From Candidatus Latescibacterota bacterium (GTDB lineage: Bacteria; Latescibacterota; CBDEFO01): DNA of 64,000 nt. Below the pieces are notes generated by a model. The model saw nothing but the letters and a program-made list of their open reading frames with translations, ran no database searches and was not told the DNA's origin. The stretch is taken from assembly GCA_965248755.1 (NCBI GenBank), contig OZ252149.1, forward strand, positions 3,232,001-3,296,000, given 5' to 3'. Positions 53,873 to 64,000 of this stretch are shown in pieces; the stretch's first letter is position 1; the number at the start of each line of letters is the position of its first letter. The translations under genes and the position numbers were made by a program.

Positions 53873-54037
53873 GGTTCAGGTGGTCCTTTGGACATAATAG
53901 GGAAGACGGTGAAAGTCCGTCGCGGGCCCGCCGCTGTGACCGGAGACGAAATCCGCTTTTTTTGCCACTGCTTTTTTGTGAGCGGGAAGGCGCGGAGAGT
54001 AGGTCTGAATCCGGGAGCCAGAAAACCTGCCTGAACC
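53873..54037 (+). ncRNA. Cobalamin riboswitch
   Basis: AATAGGGAA.GGTGAAAGTCC..GCCCGCCGCTGTGA..GCCACTG..GGGAAGG..GAGCCAGAAAACCTGCC; upstream of a TonB receptor. Confidence 0.95.
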
Positions 54038-54088
54038 TGTTCCTCGGTAGTCTTCCTCGATAGCAGGAGGTTAAAGGGATAAGTGTAC

Positions 54089-54126
54089 TAGCCCCGGCTC
54101 CTTGAAAGAGGAAGTCGGGGTTTTTA
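54089..54126 (+). terminator. Riboswitch expression-platform terminator
   Basis: AGCCCCGGCTCC..GGAAGTCGGGGTTTTT. Confidence 0.6.
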
Positions 54127-54140
54127 TTTGCATCATACTT

Positions 54141-56384
54141 ATGAAAGTTTCGACATTATTCGTAATTATTTTACTGATATTTGCCGGATTTAGTGAGGCA
54201 GCGGCAGAATTGGGCAAGGTGCGCGGCAGAGTCCTGGATTCAAAGACGGGCGAACCGGTAGTAGGCGCTGTAGTTCTTATAGAGGAATTGAGAACAGGCT
54301 CCTTTTCTGATAGTCTTGGCATATTCGTGATAGAAAAGATCCCACCAGGGGCTTATGTCGTCAGTGTTGAGATGATAGGCTTTAAGGATGTTGAAAAGGA
54401 AATAGAAGTGAGGGAAGATAGCGATAACTACTTTTCTTTTGAATTAGAGGAGGAGACGGTAGAGTTAGAGGAGGTCGTCGTAACTGCTGAGGCGAAGAGG
54501 TTGATCCCGGAGGAGAGGACACCTGCTTTTGTGACCGTGATAAGAAGAGAGGACTTTGAGGGAAAGCTCTCGTCTTTACCTGACCTTTTGTCCAAATCCT
54601 CAGGGGTTCAGGTGAACTCTTTAGGGGGATTGGGGAGCTTCAGCACTGTTTCGATAAGGGCCTCCTCGTCGGAGCAGGTGAATATCTATCTGGACGGCAT
54701 CTTATTGAACCAGGCCCTCGGCGGAGGTGTGGACATTGGGGGATTGCCACTTTCTAACATAGAGAGCATAGAGGTGTACAAGGGGACAGCTCCGATTGAG
54801 TTGGGAGGAAGCGGGATAGGAGGCGTTGTAAACATTAAGACCAGAGGCTCAAAAAGCAGCGTTCCAGGAGAGGTAAGTCTGTCATTTGGGTCGTTTAACA
54901 CCCAGAGCTTAAACTGGTTTATCTCCAAGACGAAAGGAAAGTGGAGCTATCTGATCTTTACGGACTACTCCGAAAGCGATAACAATTTTGAATTCAGGGA
55001 CGACAACGGAACACCGTATAATCCCAACGACGATGAAATTTCCCAGAGAGCCAATAACGACTTCAATTCCGTCAATATAATGGGGAAGGCTAAGTACGAC
55101 TTCGGGGACGGGATGTCCCTGAGTCTCGGCAACAATTTCTACAGAAAGTACAAAGGCATCCCGGGAATTAGCAACAATCAGTCCAAGGAGGTGACACTGA
55201 CAACCCTGAGGAACCTCTCGGAGTTTACGCTTAACATTCCGAACCGAATATGGAGCAGACTGATTTACAAGCAGAGGTTATTTTTCAGCTATAATGTAGA
55301 TGACTATACAGATCTTCTGGGCGAGGTAGGAATAGGAAGGCAGGACAGTCATAATGTTACCAAGACTTACGGGATTAAACCTGTCTTTAAGTTACTGCTC
55401 GGGGGACACCATATAGTGACTTTGGTGGGGACACTGTCGCGCGAGTCGTACACACCCCAGGAGAATATCATAAGACAGAGAGAGCTTTTTGAAAGTTCGC
55501 GCAACAGGGTTCTATTCGGGGTAGAGGACGAGGTATTCTTCGGGAGGTTGACGTTCCTCCCTTCTTTTCAGTACGATCGCTACGAAAGCAGAATATTCGA
55601 GGAGAGTCCTTTTCAGTTTTCACCCATAGCTCCGAAAGACTCTAAAGCGGAGAGCTTTAAAAACTATCGTCTGGGTATGAAGATTCAAGTGACAGATTGG
55701 TTCTTAGTCAAGGGTAACGTAGCGGATTATATGAGGGTCCCGAACTTTTTCGAGCTCTTTGGGGATAAGGGAGCTGTGGTAGGAAACACAGACCTGAAGG
55801 CTGAGGGGGGCCAGAACCGGGACGTGGGGTTTAGACTGCATAAGGACAGGGCTGTCTTCGCCGAAGGCTTAGTGTGGGAGGTGGTCTATTATAATAACGA
55901 GGTGGATAATCTGATCCAGTTTATTGAGAAGAGCGCTGCAGTATCCATACCGAAGAATATAGGCAAAGCCCGAATATGGGGCATAGAGATGAACACAAGT
56001 GCTGTCCTCTGGGGTTTCTTCCGTTTGGGGGGAAACTACACCTTTCAAGAGGCTGTGAACAGATCTCCTATTCCGCACTTGAAGGGCAAGATTCTGCCGA
56101 ACCGGCCCAAGACGGAGTTGAGTGCAAAAGTGGAGTTTCTCTTAGGGTGGGGGAGGATATACTACGAGCACAATTTCGAGGGGGATAATTTCCTGGACCA
56201 GGCTAATTTAAGACCTGTAATAAAGGCGAGGACAGTTGTGAACCTGGGCATAAGTATCAGGCTTTTTGGACATCTGAAAAGCACTTTTGAGGTGAAGAAC
56301 ATAAGCGACAATCAGATAGCCGATATTGTGGGCTACCCACTCCCGGGCAGGTCGTATTTCATCACGCTGAACGGCTATTTTTAG
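54141..56384 (+). CDS. TonB-dependent receptor, probable BtuB-like B12 transporter
   Basis: Carboxypeptidase-like N-domain, plug (IESIEVYKG), C-terminal PLPGRSYF..YF; under a B12 riboswitch. Confidence 0.88.
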   Translation: MKVSTLFVIILLIFAGFSEAAAELGKVRGRVLDSKTGEPVVGAVVLIEELRTGSFSDSLGIFVIEKIPPGAYVVSVEMIGFKDVEKEIEVREDSDNYFSFELEEETVELEEVVVTAEAKRLIPEERTPAFVTVIRREDFEGKLSSLPDLLSKSSGVQVNSLGGLGSFSTVSIRASSSEQVNIYLDGILLNQALGGGVDIGGLPLSNIESIEVYKGTAPIELGGSGIGGVVNIKTRGSKSSVPGEVSLSFGSFNTQSLNWFISKTKGKWSYLIFTDYSESDNNFEFRDDNGTPYNPNDDEISQRANNDFNSVNIMGKAKYDFGDGMSLSLGNNFYRKYKGIPGISNNQSKEVTLTTLRNLSEFTLNIPNRIWSRLIYKQRLFFSYNVDDYTDLLGEVGIGRQDSHNVTKTYGIKPVFKLLLGGHHIVTLVGTLSRESYTPQENIIRQRELFESSRNRVLFGVEDEVFFGRLTFLPSFQYDRYESRIFEESPFQFSPIAPKDSKAESFKNYRLGMKIQVTDWFLVKGNVADYMRVPNFFELFGDKGAVVGNTDLKAEGGQNRDVGFRLHKDRAVFAEGLVWEVVYYNNEVDNLIQFIEKSAAVSIPKNIGKARIWGIEMNTSAVLWGFFRLGGNYTFQEAVNRSPIPHLKGKILPNRPKTELSAKVEFLLGWGRIYYEHNFEGDNFLDQANLRPVIKARTVVNLGISIRLFGHLKSTFEVKNISDNQIADIVGYPLPGRSYFITLNGYF

Positions 56385-56621
56385 ATCCGAGGAGGTGATA
56401 TAATCTTAGCAGAACGAACAGGCCGTCAAAGACAGCAGACAGATGAGATTGCTTCGTCAGATGGGAATGTCTGTCCTGAAGGCAAAAAAAAGGCTTCGCA
56501 ACGTTATTACGCGCCCTCTACGACCGTCATTGCGAGCGATAGCGAAGCAATCTCTCGTAGACAGTAAATAGTCACAAAAGTAACTTAACACAGATGGAAA
56601 TTTTACAGGGAGGGAATATAT

Positions 56622-58034
56622 ATGTCGTACGATAGGCGTTTCTATTTAGAGGTGGTTCTGGTGGTTCTCCTTATAGCCTTCGTAATTTCAGATGTGTTAG
56701 CCCAAAGAACGGCAATTGTAACCACGACGGACTTCGCAACGGGGAGCCTTGCCACTATCTCTCCGGAGGGAGAGGTTTCGGCGAATATACTACTTATAAA
56801 CAGCGATGCGACTGTGGTCTTTTACGGTGGATTGGTCTATGTGATCAACAGGTTCGGAGCGGATAACATCCTGGTCTTGGATCCTGAGGACCTGTCGAAT
56901 CCGAAGGTTCAGTACTCAGTGGGGAACGGGACTAACCCCCAGGACATAGAGTTTGCAAGCCCGGATAAGGCGTATGTGTCCAGGTTGAACTCGGCGGAGC
57001 TGTTGATAATAGATCCGAAAGACGGCGACCAATTAGGGCAGATAGACCTTTCGGACTTCGCCGACGCAGACGGGATACCTGAGATGGCTCAGATGGCGAT
57101 GGTGGGCGATAAGATCTTTGTGACCTGCCAGAGGCTTGAGAACTTTGCTCCGACGGACAAGAGTGTAGTGGTGGTGATAGATACAAAGACAGATACTATA
57201 GTAGATGTAGATCCTCAAAAAGACGGCGTGCAGGCGATAGATTTGGCTCTAAAACAACCGTTCAGCCTGGATCTTTTCAGAGGAAAGATATATTTGGCCT
57301 CTCCAAGCGCCTTCTTCGATAAGGAAGGCGGCATCGAAGTGGTCGATCCGTCCTCTTTAAGTACTCAAGGGGTAATAGTCTCTGAGGAGTCTTTAGGAGG
57401 GGATATTACGGACATAGCTATGCTATCGGAAGAAAAAGGCTATGCTGTGGTATCGGATGAGTCTTTCAACAACTTTGTAAAGCCATTTAATCCAGAGACA
57501 GGGGAAGTATCAAAGGCTCTGGAGGGGCATTCGGGGGGATCTACGCCGAGTATAGCGATAGACAATGGTCTTTTGTATGTGTCGGACAGGAGCATAACTA
57601 ATCCGGGGATATTGATCTACGATACAGTTTCAGATGTCAAAATAGCAGGTCCTATCGACACCGGGCTTCCGCCTTTCTTCATAGCGTTTATAGGGGATGA
57701 GGATACAGGGACTGCTGTGGTTGAATTTGCGGGAGTTGACTCTACTCCGGGGAAATTTTCCCTTGGACAGAACTATCCGAATCCCTTCAATCCTTCGACC
57801 GCCATTCCTTATTCCATCGCCGGCGATAAAGTTTTAAGAGTTAACCTGGATGTCTACAACTCACTGGGACAGCGGGTGGCGTCCCTTTTGAACGCGATGC
57901 AAAGGCCAGGCACTTATCTGGCTGCCTGGGACGGGACAGATAGTCTGGGGAATACTGTCTCCAGCGGGATATATCTGGCGACGTTGAAGGCTGGGAACTT
58001 TGGCCGGACCATAAAGCTCACAGTCTCAAGGTGA
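56622..58034 (+). CDS. YncE/BtuG-like beta-propeller with FlgD-Ig-type C-terminal domain
   Basis: YVINRFGADNI, NPQDI, KAYVS; QNYPNPFNP; position within the btu locus. Confidence 0.7.
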   Translation: MSYDRRFYLEVVLVVLLIAFVISDVLAQRTAIVTTTDFATGSLATISPEGEVSANILLINSDATVVFYGGLVYVINRFGADNILVLDPEDLSNPKVQYSVGNGTNPQDIEFASPDKAYVSRLNSAELLIIDPKDGDQLGQIDLSDFADADGIPEMAQMAMVGDKIFVTCQRLENFAPTDKSVVVVIDTKTDTIVDVDPQKDGVQAIDLALKQPFSLDLFRGKIYLASPSAFFDKEGGIEVVDPSSLSTQGVIVSEESLGGDITDIAMLSEEKGYAVVSDESFNNFVKPFNPETGEVSKALEGHSGGSTPSIAIDNGLLYVSDRSITNPGILIYDTVSDVKIAGPIDTGLPPFFIAFIGDEDTGTAVVEFAGVDSTPGKFSLGQNYPNPFNPSTAIPYSIAGDKVLRVNLDVYNSLGQRVASLLNAMQRPGTYLAAWDGTDSLGNTVSSGIYLATLKAGNFGRTIKLTVSR

Positions 58035-58219
58035 AAGGCAACCTAAATAGGCTATGCCCCTCGGTCTTATGCTGCACATGCAACTTATCGTACCTCTGGA
58101 AGTCTAAATATCTCTGGTAATCTTCATACTCCTCCCCTTGAGAAAGCAACAGATATTTTGCAAATTGGGGTATGAGGCTTGTCCCCGAGTGACGCTATCG
58201 GGGAAAGGAGGTTAAAGAT

Positions 58220-58309
58220 ATGTCAAGCCCCAAAGCAAACGACACTACGCGTTAGACACCGAGTCGTAAGGCAGAGGTGGTGTTGGCTCTTTTGAGAAGC
58301 CGGTATTAG
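58220..58309 (+). pseudogene. Tiny transposase-associated HTH ORF remnant
   Basis: R*TPSRKAEVVLALLR with a strong RBS; truncated. Confidence 0.4.
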
Positions 58310-58380
58310 TGAAAAGATGATTAACGATTAGGTGAGACGTTAACTTATTCTACAAAAATAAGATAAGAGACAAAACTACG

Positions 58381-59322
58381 ATGAACATTAGGAGGATAGG
58401 ACACATTTTCATATCTATAATATGCCTGTTGATTTCGGTACATTGTGTGCATGCCGAGGCGTTGAAGTTTGTCGATGCCTTGGGTGTTGAGGTGGAATTC
58501 GAGCATGCGCCGAAAAGGATTGTATCCATGTCCCCTGAGAATACTGAGATTTTGTTTGCTCTGGGACTCGGTGACAGAGTGGTAGGAGTTACTAATTATT
58601 CCGATTATCCTCCCCAAGCGGCAAAAAAGGATACGATAGGGGGATTCAAGACTCCAAATCTGGAGAAGATAGTGTCTTTAGAGCCAGATCTCGTCTTTGC
58701 AACGAGGGGTAATCCCATCCCTGTTCTGGAGCGTCTGCGAGAATTTAACATAAACGTGTTTGCAGTGGATCCCAGGTCTATCGGTGATATGCTATCGGTG
58801 CTGGAGACGATGGGAAAAATAGCGAAGGTCGAAAGCAGGGCCGATTCTCTGGTTTCGGTTTTGAAGATGAGGGTAAATAGGATCACCAAGGACTTAGAGG
58901 GGATAAGTGGTCATCAAAAGCAGAAAGTGCTGTGGAATGTGAGCGCTTTTGACACGTCGATATATACTGCAGGTCCCGGGACTATTATGGATGATCTGAT
59001 AACTTTATCCGGTGGAATAAACATGGCGGGAGTGGCCAGGATGGCATGGCCTAATTTTGGCCTTGAGAGGATACTTGCAAGTGATCCCGATGTGATCTTC
59101 ACAGGATATTTAGGGGGAAATACAGATCAGAGCATCGAAAAGAGAGTGGAGGAGATACGGGAAGCATTAAGAAGAATAGAAGGATGGAAGGCCGTATCGG
59201 CTGTGAAAGCAGGGAGGGTGTATTACATAGATATTTCGATTGCTGGGCGGGCAGGTCCGAGGTTGGTGGATGCGCTGGAGATTATGGTAGGATATATGCA
59301 CCCTCAGTTATTTGAGAGATAG
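58381..59322 (+). CDS. btuF: Cobalamin ABC transporter substrate-binding protein (BtuF-like)
   Basis: PKRIVSMSPENTEILFALG, RVVGVT..DYP, AVKAGRVY, GPRLVD. Confidence 0.85.
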   Translation: MNIRRIGHIFISIICLLISVHCVHAEALKFVDALGVEVEFEHAPKRIVSMSPENTEILFALGLGDRVVGVTNYSDYPPQAAKKDTIGGFKTPNLEKIVSLEPDLVFATRGNPIPVLERLREFNINVFAVDPRSIGDMLSVLETMGKIAKVESRADSLVSVLKMRVNRITKDLEGISGHQKQKVLWNVSAFDTSIYTAGPGTIMDDLITLSGGINMAGVARMAWPNFGLERILASDPDVIFTGYLGGNTDQSIEKRVEEIREALRRIEGWKAVSAVKAGRVYYIDISIAGRAGPRLVDALEIMVGYMHPQLFER

Positions 59323-59402
59323 GGGTTATTTAGCGTTCCTACCCAGATACAGTTCGGAGGTGATAGATAGAAGGGTCTATTTTCCCGGCAGTTACTTATG
59401 AA

Positions 59403-61028
59403 CCCCCATTCGCCATATTAGACCCGAAAAATGGTTGTCAAAGTCGCCAGAACATGTTATATTACAATAAATAAGACTCATAAATGGCGGATAAATATTG
59501 ATCATCCAGAGGGTGAAAGAATGAAAGTAGGTTTTGATGGAGGAATAAAGCTTGAATTTCATGGTGCAAAGGTGACATCAAACGGTGGACTTCTTGCGTA
59601 TCGTGACCTTGATTACGCACTGGGATTATTTGATTCGGTATCAGCGGTTTTTACCGATAAACGCACAGGCCGTAATATCCAACATGATATATCTACTCTC
59701 CTGCGTCAATCGATATACAGCCGTCTTGCAGGATATGAAGATGTAAATGACGCCGAGCGATTATCCGTTGATCCCGTCATGCGAGCGATTACCGGAAAGA
59801 AGGACAAAGGCAGGCAAGCTGCCAGCTCCAACACGATAGGACGTTTTGAAACTGATATACTGACTCAGCATGACAATCTCAGAAACTTGTCAGATATCAA
59901 TGGCAAGTGGGTTCAAAAAGCGATGAGTAAAACACAGCATCAACGAATCATTCTGGACATGGACAGTTCGGAGAGTCCGGTACATGGCCAGCAGGAAGGA
60001 TCAGCTTACAACGGTCATTTCGGATGTACCTGTTTTCATCCAGTGTTCTGCTTCAATCAGTTCGGGGATTGTGAAGGAGTCCTACTTCGCTCTGGTAATG
60101 TTCACAGTGCTGATCGTTGGAAGGAAGTTCTGGAACCGATCGTCAAGAGATACGAGAGCAAGAAGAATAGGAAATACTTTCGAGGCGATGCTGCATTCGC
60201 AAAGCCTGAGATTTATGATTATCTGGAGGGAAACGGCTATTTGTATGCCATTCGGCTTCCCGCAAATGAGATACTCTATGAAAAGATACGATACCTGCTG
60301 ACTCGGCCAGTTGGACGACCGCCGAGGAAACCGATTGTATCGTTATATGAATTTCAATATAAAGCGGCCAGTTGGGATCAATCGAGGCGAGTGGTCGCCA
60401 AGGTTGAATGGCACCAAGGGGAGTTATTCCCAAGAGTGGGATTTATCGTGACCAACATGAGCGCCAAGCCAGAAGGCGTGGTACACTTCTACAATGGCCG
60501 TGGCAGAGCTGAGCAGTGGATTAAGGAGGGCAAGTATGCTCTGAACTGGACCCGACTCTCATGCAAGCGTTTCGTCTCCAATCAGGTGAGGCTCTGGCTG
60601 TTTGTTCTGGCTTACAACTTGGGCAACTTCCTGCGACGTTTTGTTCTTCCGAAGAAAATCAAACACTGGTCACTACGCAGCCTCCTCGTGAAATTTATCA
60701 AAATCGGAGCGAAGATTGTCAGACACAGCGGATATATTACGTTTCAAATGGCTGAGGTTGGGATAGACAAGAGGTTATTTGCCGAAATATTATCCCGGAT
60801 TGAACGATTGCGATGTTATTCTGTTTAAACTGCCACATTTTTTTGTGAGTCGATGGAGAGGTGTCTCTAATTGGAGGATTTAAACACAAAGAAAGTGATA
60901 ATTCAGAGGAAAATACTATTTTAATTGAAAAAAGTACTTGTTGAAAAATGTAAAAGTGGTAATATTAATTCAGAAACAAGAATGTATCGAAATATAATCC
61001 CTCATGAATGTGATATGGGGAATGTCGG
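59403..61028 (+). mobile_element. IS1380-family insertion sequence, copy 2, with 5-bp target duplication ATGAA
   Basis: Same inverted repeats as copy 1; ATGAA at 59398-59402 and 61029-61033. Confidence 0.97.
59431..60828 (+). CDS. IS1380-family DDE transposase
   Basis: Differs from copy 1 protein at one residue (AIRLPAN vs AIRFPAN). Confidence 0.95.
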   Translation: MVVKVARTCYITINKTHKWRINIDHPEGERMKVGFDGGIKLEFHGAKVTSNGGLLAYRDLDYALGLFDSVSAVFTDKRTGRNIQHDISTLLRQSIYSRLAGYEDVNDAERLSVDPVMRAITGKKDKGRQAASSNTIGRFETDILTQHDNLRNLSDINGKWVQKAMSKTQHQRIILDMDSSESPVHGQQEGSAYNGHFGCTCFHPVFCFNQFGDCEGVLLRSGNVHSADRWKEVLEPIVKRYESKKNRKYFRGDAAFAKPEIYDYLEGNGYLYAIRLPANEILYEKIRYLLTRPVGRPPRKPIVSLYEFQYKAASWDQSRRVVAKVEWHQGELFPRVGFIVTNMSAKPEGVVHFYNGRGRAEQWIKEGKYALNWTRLSCKRFVSNQVRLWLFVLAYNLGNFLRRFVLPKKIKHWSLRSLLVKFIKIGAKIVRHSGYITFQMAEVGIDKRLFAEILSRIERLRCYSV

Positions 61029-61040
61029 ATGAATGTATTT

Positions 61041-61294
61041 TAGCCCAAATAATTCACACAAAAAGGACGTGTATTAATTAAGGGATTGTATTATATTATA
61101 GTTATGCTGTTTAAGGCCTTCGGTGTCATTGCGAGCCGAAGGCGAAGAAATCTCGATTCTGTGGTAGATGTAATACTCTCCGGCTCTCATAGGAGACCAC
61201 TATAAAACCTTGAGATTGCTTCCCCGGTAGACTCAATCGGGGACCGCTTTGCTCCTCGCAATGACTCCACCAAGCTTATGAATTAATCGGGTTA
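61041..61294. mobile_element. MITE-like element, copy 3
   Basis: Matches 11663-11917; ends ATGAATTAATCGGGTTA. Confidence 0.8.
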
Positions 61295-61344
61295 GTAGTA
61301 GTCTAACGCAGGTTTTTTAAGTTAAGAAAACCCAAAGGAGACAT

Positions 61345-62316
61345 ATGATGAGTTACTTGGAGACGACGAGGGAACTCTACAAAGATGCGGCGTTAGAACC
61401 ACAACCGGGGCTTTGCTGTTCGACCGGCTCTGGCTATGAGCTTCCGGGGCTTTCTATTCCCAAAGAGATGATTGAGATGAACTACGGGTGCGGGACGACT
61501 GTGCATATTCAGGACTTGAGTTCTGATATGGATATTCTCTATGTCGGTGTCGGGGGAGGAATGGAAGCGCTACAGTTTGCGTATTTTACGAGGCGTCCGG
61601 GATCGGTCATAGCGGTAGACAGTGTGCCTGAGATGTTGGAGGTAGCGGAGCGGAACCTCCACATAGCCGCCCTCGAAAACGATTGGTTCGATCCATCGTT
61701 TGTGACTCTGATGGAGGGGGACGCTCTGAGTCTGCCCCTACCGGACAGATCTGTGGACATAGCTGCGCAAAACTGTTTATTTAATATATTTACCGAAAGC
61801 GACCTGATGACAGCTCTGGTGGAGATAAGGCGCGCCTTGAAGATGGGCGGAAAGCTCATTATATCCGATCCTGTGTCGCAAAAGCCGATACCTGATCACC
61901 TTAAGATGGATGAGCGATTAAGGGCTATGTGTCTTTCGGGTGCCCTGTTGTTCGATGAGTATATTGAGCGCATTGTCCAGACTGGATTCGGGACGCTGGA
62001 GATAAGAGGGAGGCGTCCTTACAGAATGTTGGACAGTCGCAGATACGATCTGGACGAGGATATTCTCTTGGAGACAGTGGAGTTGGCGGCGTACAACGAT
62101 CCCATACCGCCAGACGGAGCGTGTGTATTTACGGGGAGGACCGTGATATATACAGGGGATGATGAGTGCTTTGACGACGGCAAGGGTCACATAGTGATGA
62201 GAGATATTCCCTTCCAGGTATGTGACAAGACGGCAAGGTGGTTTGAAACCTTGGATAAACAGGAGATTAATGTGACAGGTTCTACATATCACTATCCAGG
62301 TGGAGGGTGCTGTTAA
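61345..62316 (+). CDS. ArsM-like SAM-dependent (arsenite) methyltransferase
   Basis: LCC, MNYGCGTTV, YVGVGGG, QNCLFN, C-terminal GGGCC. Confidence 0.75.
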   Translation: MMSYLETTRELYKDAALEPQPGLCCSTGSGYELPGLSIPKEMIEMNYGCGTTVHIQDLSSDMDILYVGVGGGMEALQFAYFTRRPGSVIAVDSVPEMLEVAERNLHIAALENDWFDPSFVTLMEGDALSLPLPDRSVDIAAQNCLFNIFTESDLMTALVEIRRALKMGGKLIISDPVSQKPIPDHLKMDERLRAMCLSGALLFDEYIERIVQTGFGTLEIRGRRPYRMLDSRRYDLDEDILLETVELAAYNDPIPPDGACVFTGRTVIYTGDDECFDDGKGHIVMRDIPFQVCDKTARWFETLDKQEINVTGSTYHYPGGGCC

Positions 62317-62684
62317 GCTGCCAGGAATCTCCAGGAACCTAATGTAGGTTCAAGCTTCCACCTTTCGACCAAAAATCTCCAGATATGGCTTTCGATCTTT
62401 CCGTGGCTAATGCAAGTGTAGATGCTCGGCCAATTCCTCAGCTTCCGCCCGTCACCAGAGCGACTTGGTATTACAAGTATAGGGTCAAAATGGTCTGGAC
62501 AAGATCAGAGAGTTCAATAATACTATCCTGCATACAGAGGGTGAGAGGCGCCTCCGTCTCCTTCCTTAACTGTCCTGACATCTGGATTCCCTCTTGCCTG
62601 GTGTCTGTTCTGACTCAGACTAATGGCAACGAGAAAGATCAACGGCAAGCGCGAAGCTGATTGTCAGGTTGACCCCCGATAGAT

Positions 62685-64000
62685 TCAATCGGGGAACGGC
62701 AAGCTCAGCGCGATAAGTTCTGCTGGCTGAGAGGCTCCTCCTAGCGGAATGACGATGAACTGCCTGCCATCCGCCATATAGGTGATCGGAGCCCCTGACG
62801 CATTCCCAGGAAGCGCCGTTTTGGCGATCGGGGTTCCGTCTTCAGGGTCAAACGCCCACAGGAAAGCCTCTCTGTTTTCGAATTCAACTTCAATCGCGTT
62901 CCCTCGAGGTGAATTGCCTCGTACGCTCCATTCTGCCTGCAGGGCGGCGAAGAGCAGCGATTTCGTCAGAAGAGGAAAACTGCGATACGCCCTTCCAAGC
63001 GGCGGGAGGTTCAGGTGTTGCAGTGCGGGATGATCTTTTGGCCCATCGCCGACCGGACGTACCCAAAGATGCTCACCCGTATTCAAATCTATGGCTGTAA
63101 TACGCCCGTACGGGGGTTTAATTAGGGGAAGTCCCTGCGGGCCTTCCGGTCCGAATTCTACAGTTCCAGTATAGGAATAGTCAGAGGCCGAGTCTTCTGA
63201 TTTGCTCAGGGTCACAATTGCCGGATATGTATAGGATGGAATATAGATAATACCCCTTTCGGGATCGACGGCTGCTCCGGCCCAGCTGGACCCGCCTATT
63301 ATGCCGGGCAGGGCTATCGTACCCTTTTCCGAGGGAGGCGTAAAGAGAGGCCCATACTCGTACCTTTCAATGATATTGATAGCCCGCTGACGTAATTCAG
63401 GAGTGAAGTCGATCAGGTCGTCGTGGGTCAACCCCTGCCGTTCGAAGGGCAACGGCCTGGTTGGAAAGGGTTGGGTGGGCGATGTTTGCTCCCCGGGTAC
63501 GTCCGATTGCGGCACCGGGCGCTCCTCAATGGGCCAGACGGGTTCTCCTGTAACGCGGTCGAACACGTAACAGAACCCCTGTTTGGTCACCTGGGCAACC
63601 GCCTTGATTCTTTCGCCATCAACTGTGATGTCGATTAGATTCGGGGCAGCCGGAAGATCGTAATCCCAGATTCCGTGATGTAGTATCTGGAAGTGCCAGA
63701 CCCTCTCGCCGGTTTCCGCATTCAGGCATACCAGGCTTTCGGCAAAGAGGTTATCTCCATGACGATTCCCGCCATAAAAGTCATTGGTAGGAGTACTGAA
63801 GGGCAGATATACGTAACCCAACTCCTCGTCAGAGCTCATCATCGTCCATACATTCGTATTGCCCGTAGTTTTCCAGGATCCATTCTCCCACGTTTCGTTT
63901 CCAAACTCTCCCTCTTGGGGGATAGACTGGAATAGCCAGCGCTTCTGGCCGGTGCGCGCATCAAATCCTCTCACATCGCCCGGCGGCATCACCTTTTGCG
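62685..64000 (-). CDS. PQQ-dependent glucose/quinate dehydrogenase-like protein (5' part off window)
   Basis: [36 protein letters not shown]. Confidence 0.9.
   Translation of the reverse strand, partial: QKVMPPGDVRGFDARTGQKRWLFQSIPQEGEFGNETWENGSWKTTGNTNVWTMMSSDEELGYVYLPFSTPTNDFYGGNRHGDNLFAESLVCLNAETGERVWHFQILHHGIWDYDLPAAPNLIDITVDGERIKAVAQVTKQGFCYVFDRVTGEPVWPIEERPVPQSDVPGEQTSPTQPFPTRPLPFERQGLTHDDLIDFTPELRQRAINIIERYEYGPLFTPPSEKGTIALPGIIGGSSWAGAAVDPERGIIYIPSYTYPAIVTLSKSEDSASDYSYTGTVEFGPEGPQGLPLIKPPYGRITAIDLNTGEHLWVRPVGDGPKDHPALQHLNLPPLGRAYRSFPLLTKSLLFAALQAEWSVRGNSPRGNAIEVEFENREAFLWAFDPEDGTPIAKTALPGNASGAPITYMADGRQFIVIPLGGASQPAELIALSLPFPD

Overview
64-kb window of a diderm bacterial chromosome. 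The lineage is probably FCB-related (Latescibacterota-like); this is inferred from paired EF-hand/dockerin tails, QN(Y/F)PNPFNP FlgD-Ig C-terminal domains, a TonB receptor and sialidase-like genes. It carries housekeeping genes (queA, lipB, dapF, lysA, apt, acyP, nth, groES/EL), sugar-acid catabolic genes, a ~3,065-codon surface-protein gene broken by two stops, a LytS/LytTR pair, a B12-riboswitch uptake locus, two near-identical IS1380-family elements, many REP/MITE-like repeats and several pseudogenes. Best finding: the first IS1380 copy is the left end of a 4,258-bp ISEcp1-like one-ended transposition unit (5578-9835). The unit is flanked by a TCAAT duplication and splits dinB in frame. It appears to have been built by serial capture (secreted-protein 5' end, rarA 3' end, intact queA, a truncated convergent gene). 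Other notable patterns: gene blocks bordered by decayed 110-150-bp copies of the neighbouring gene end (apt; a nucleotidyltransferase-like gene), a self-nesting 21-bp palindrome, and in-frame palindromic micro-insertions in proteins. All calls come from reading the sequence by eye; no database searches were run and identity values are hand estimates.
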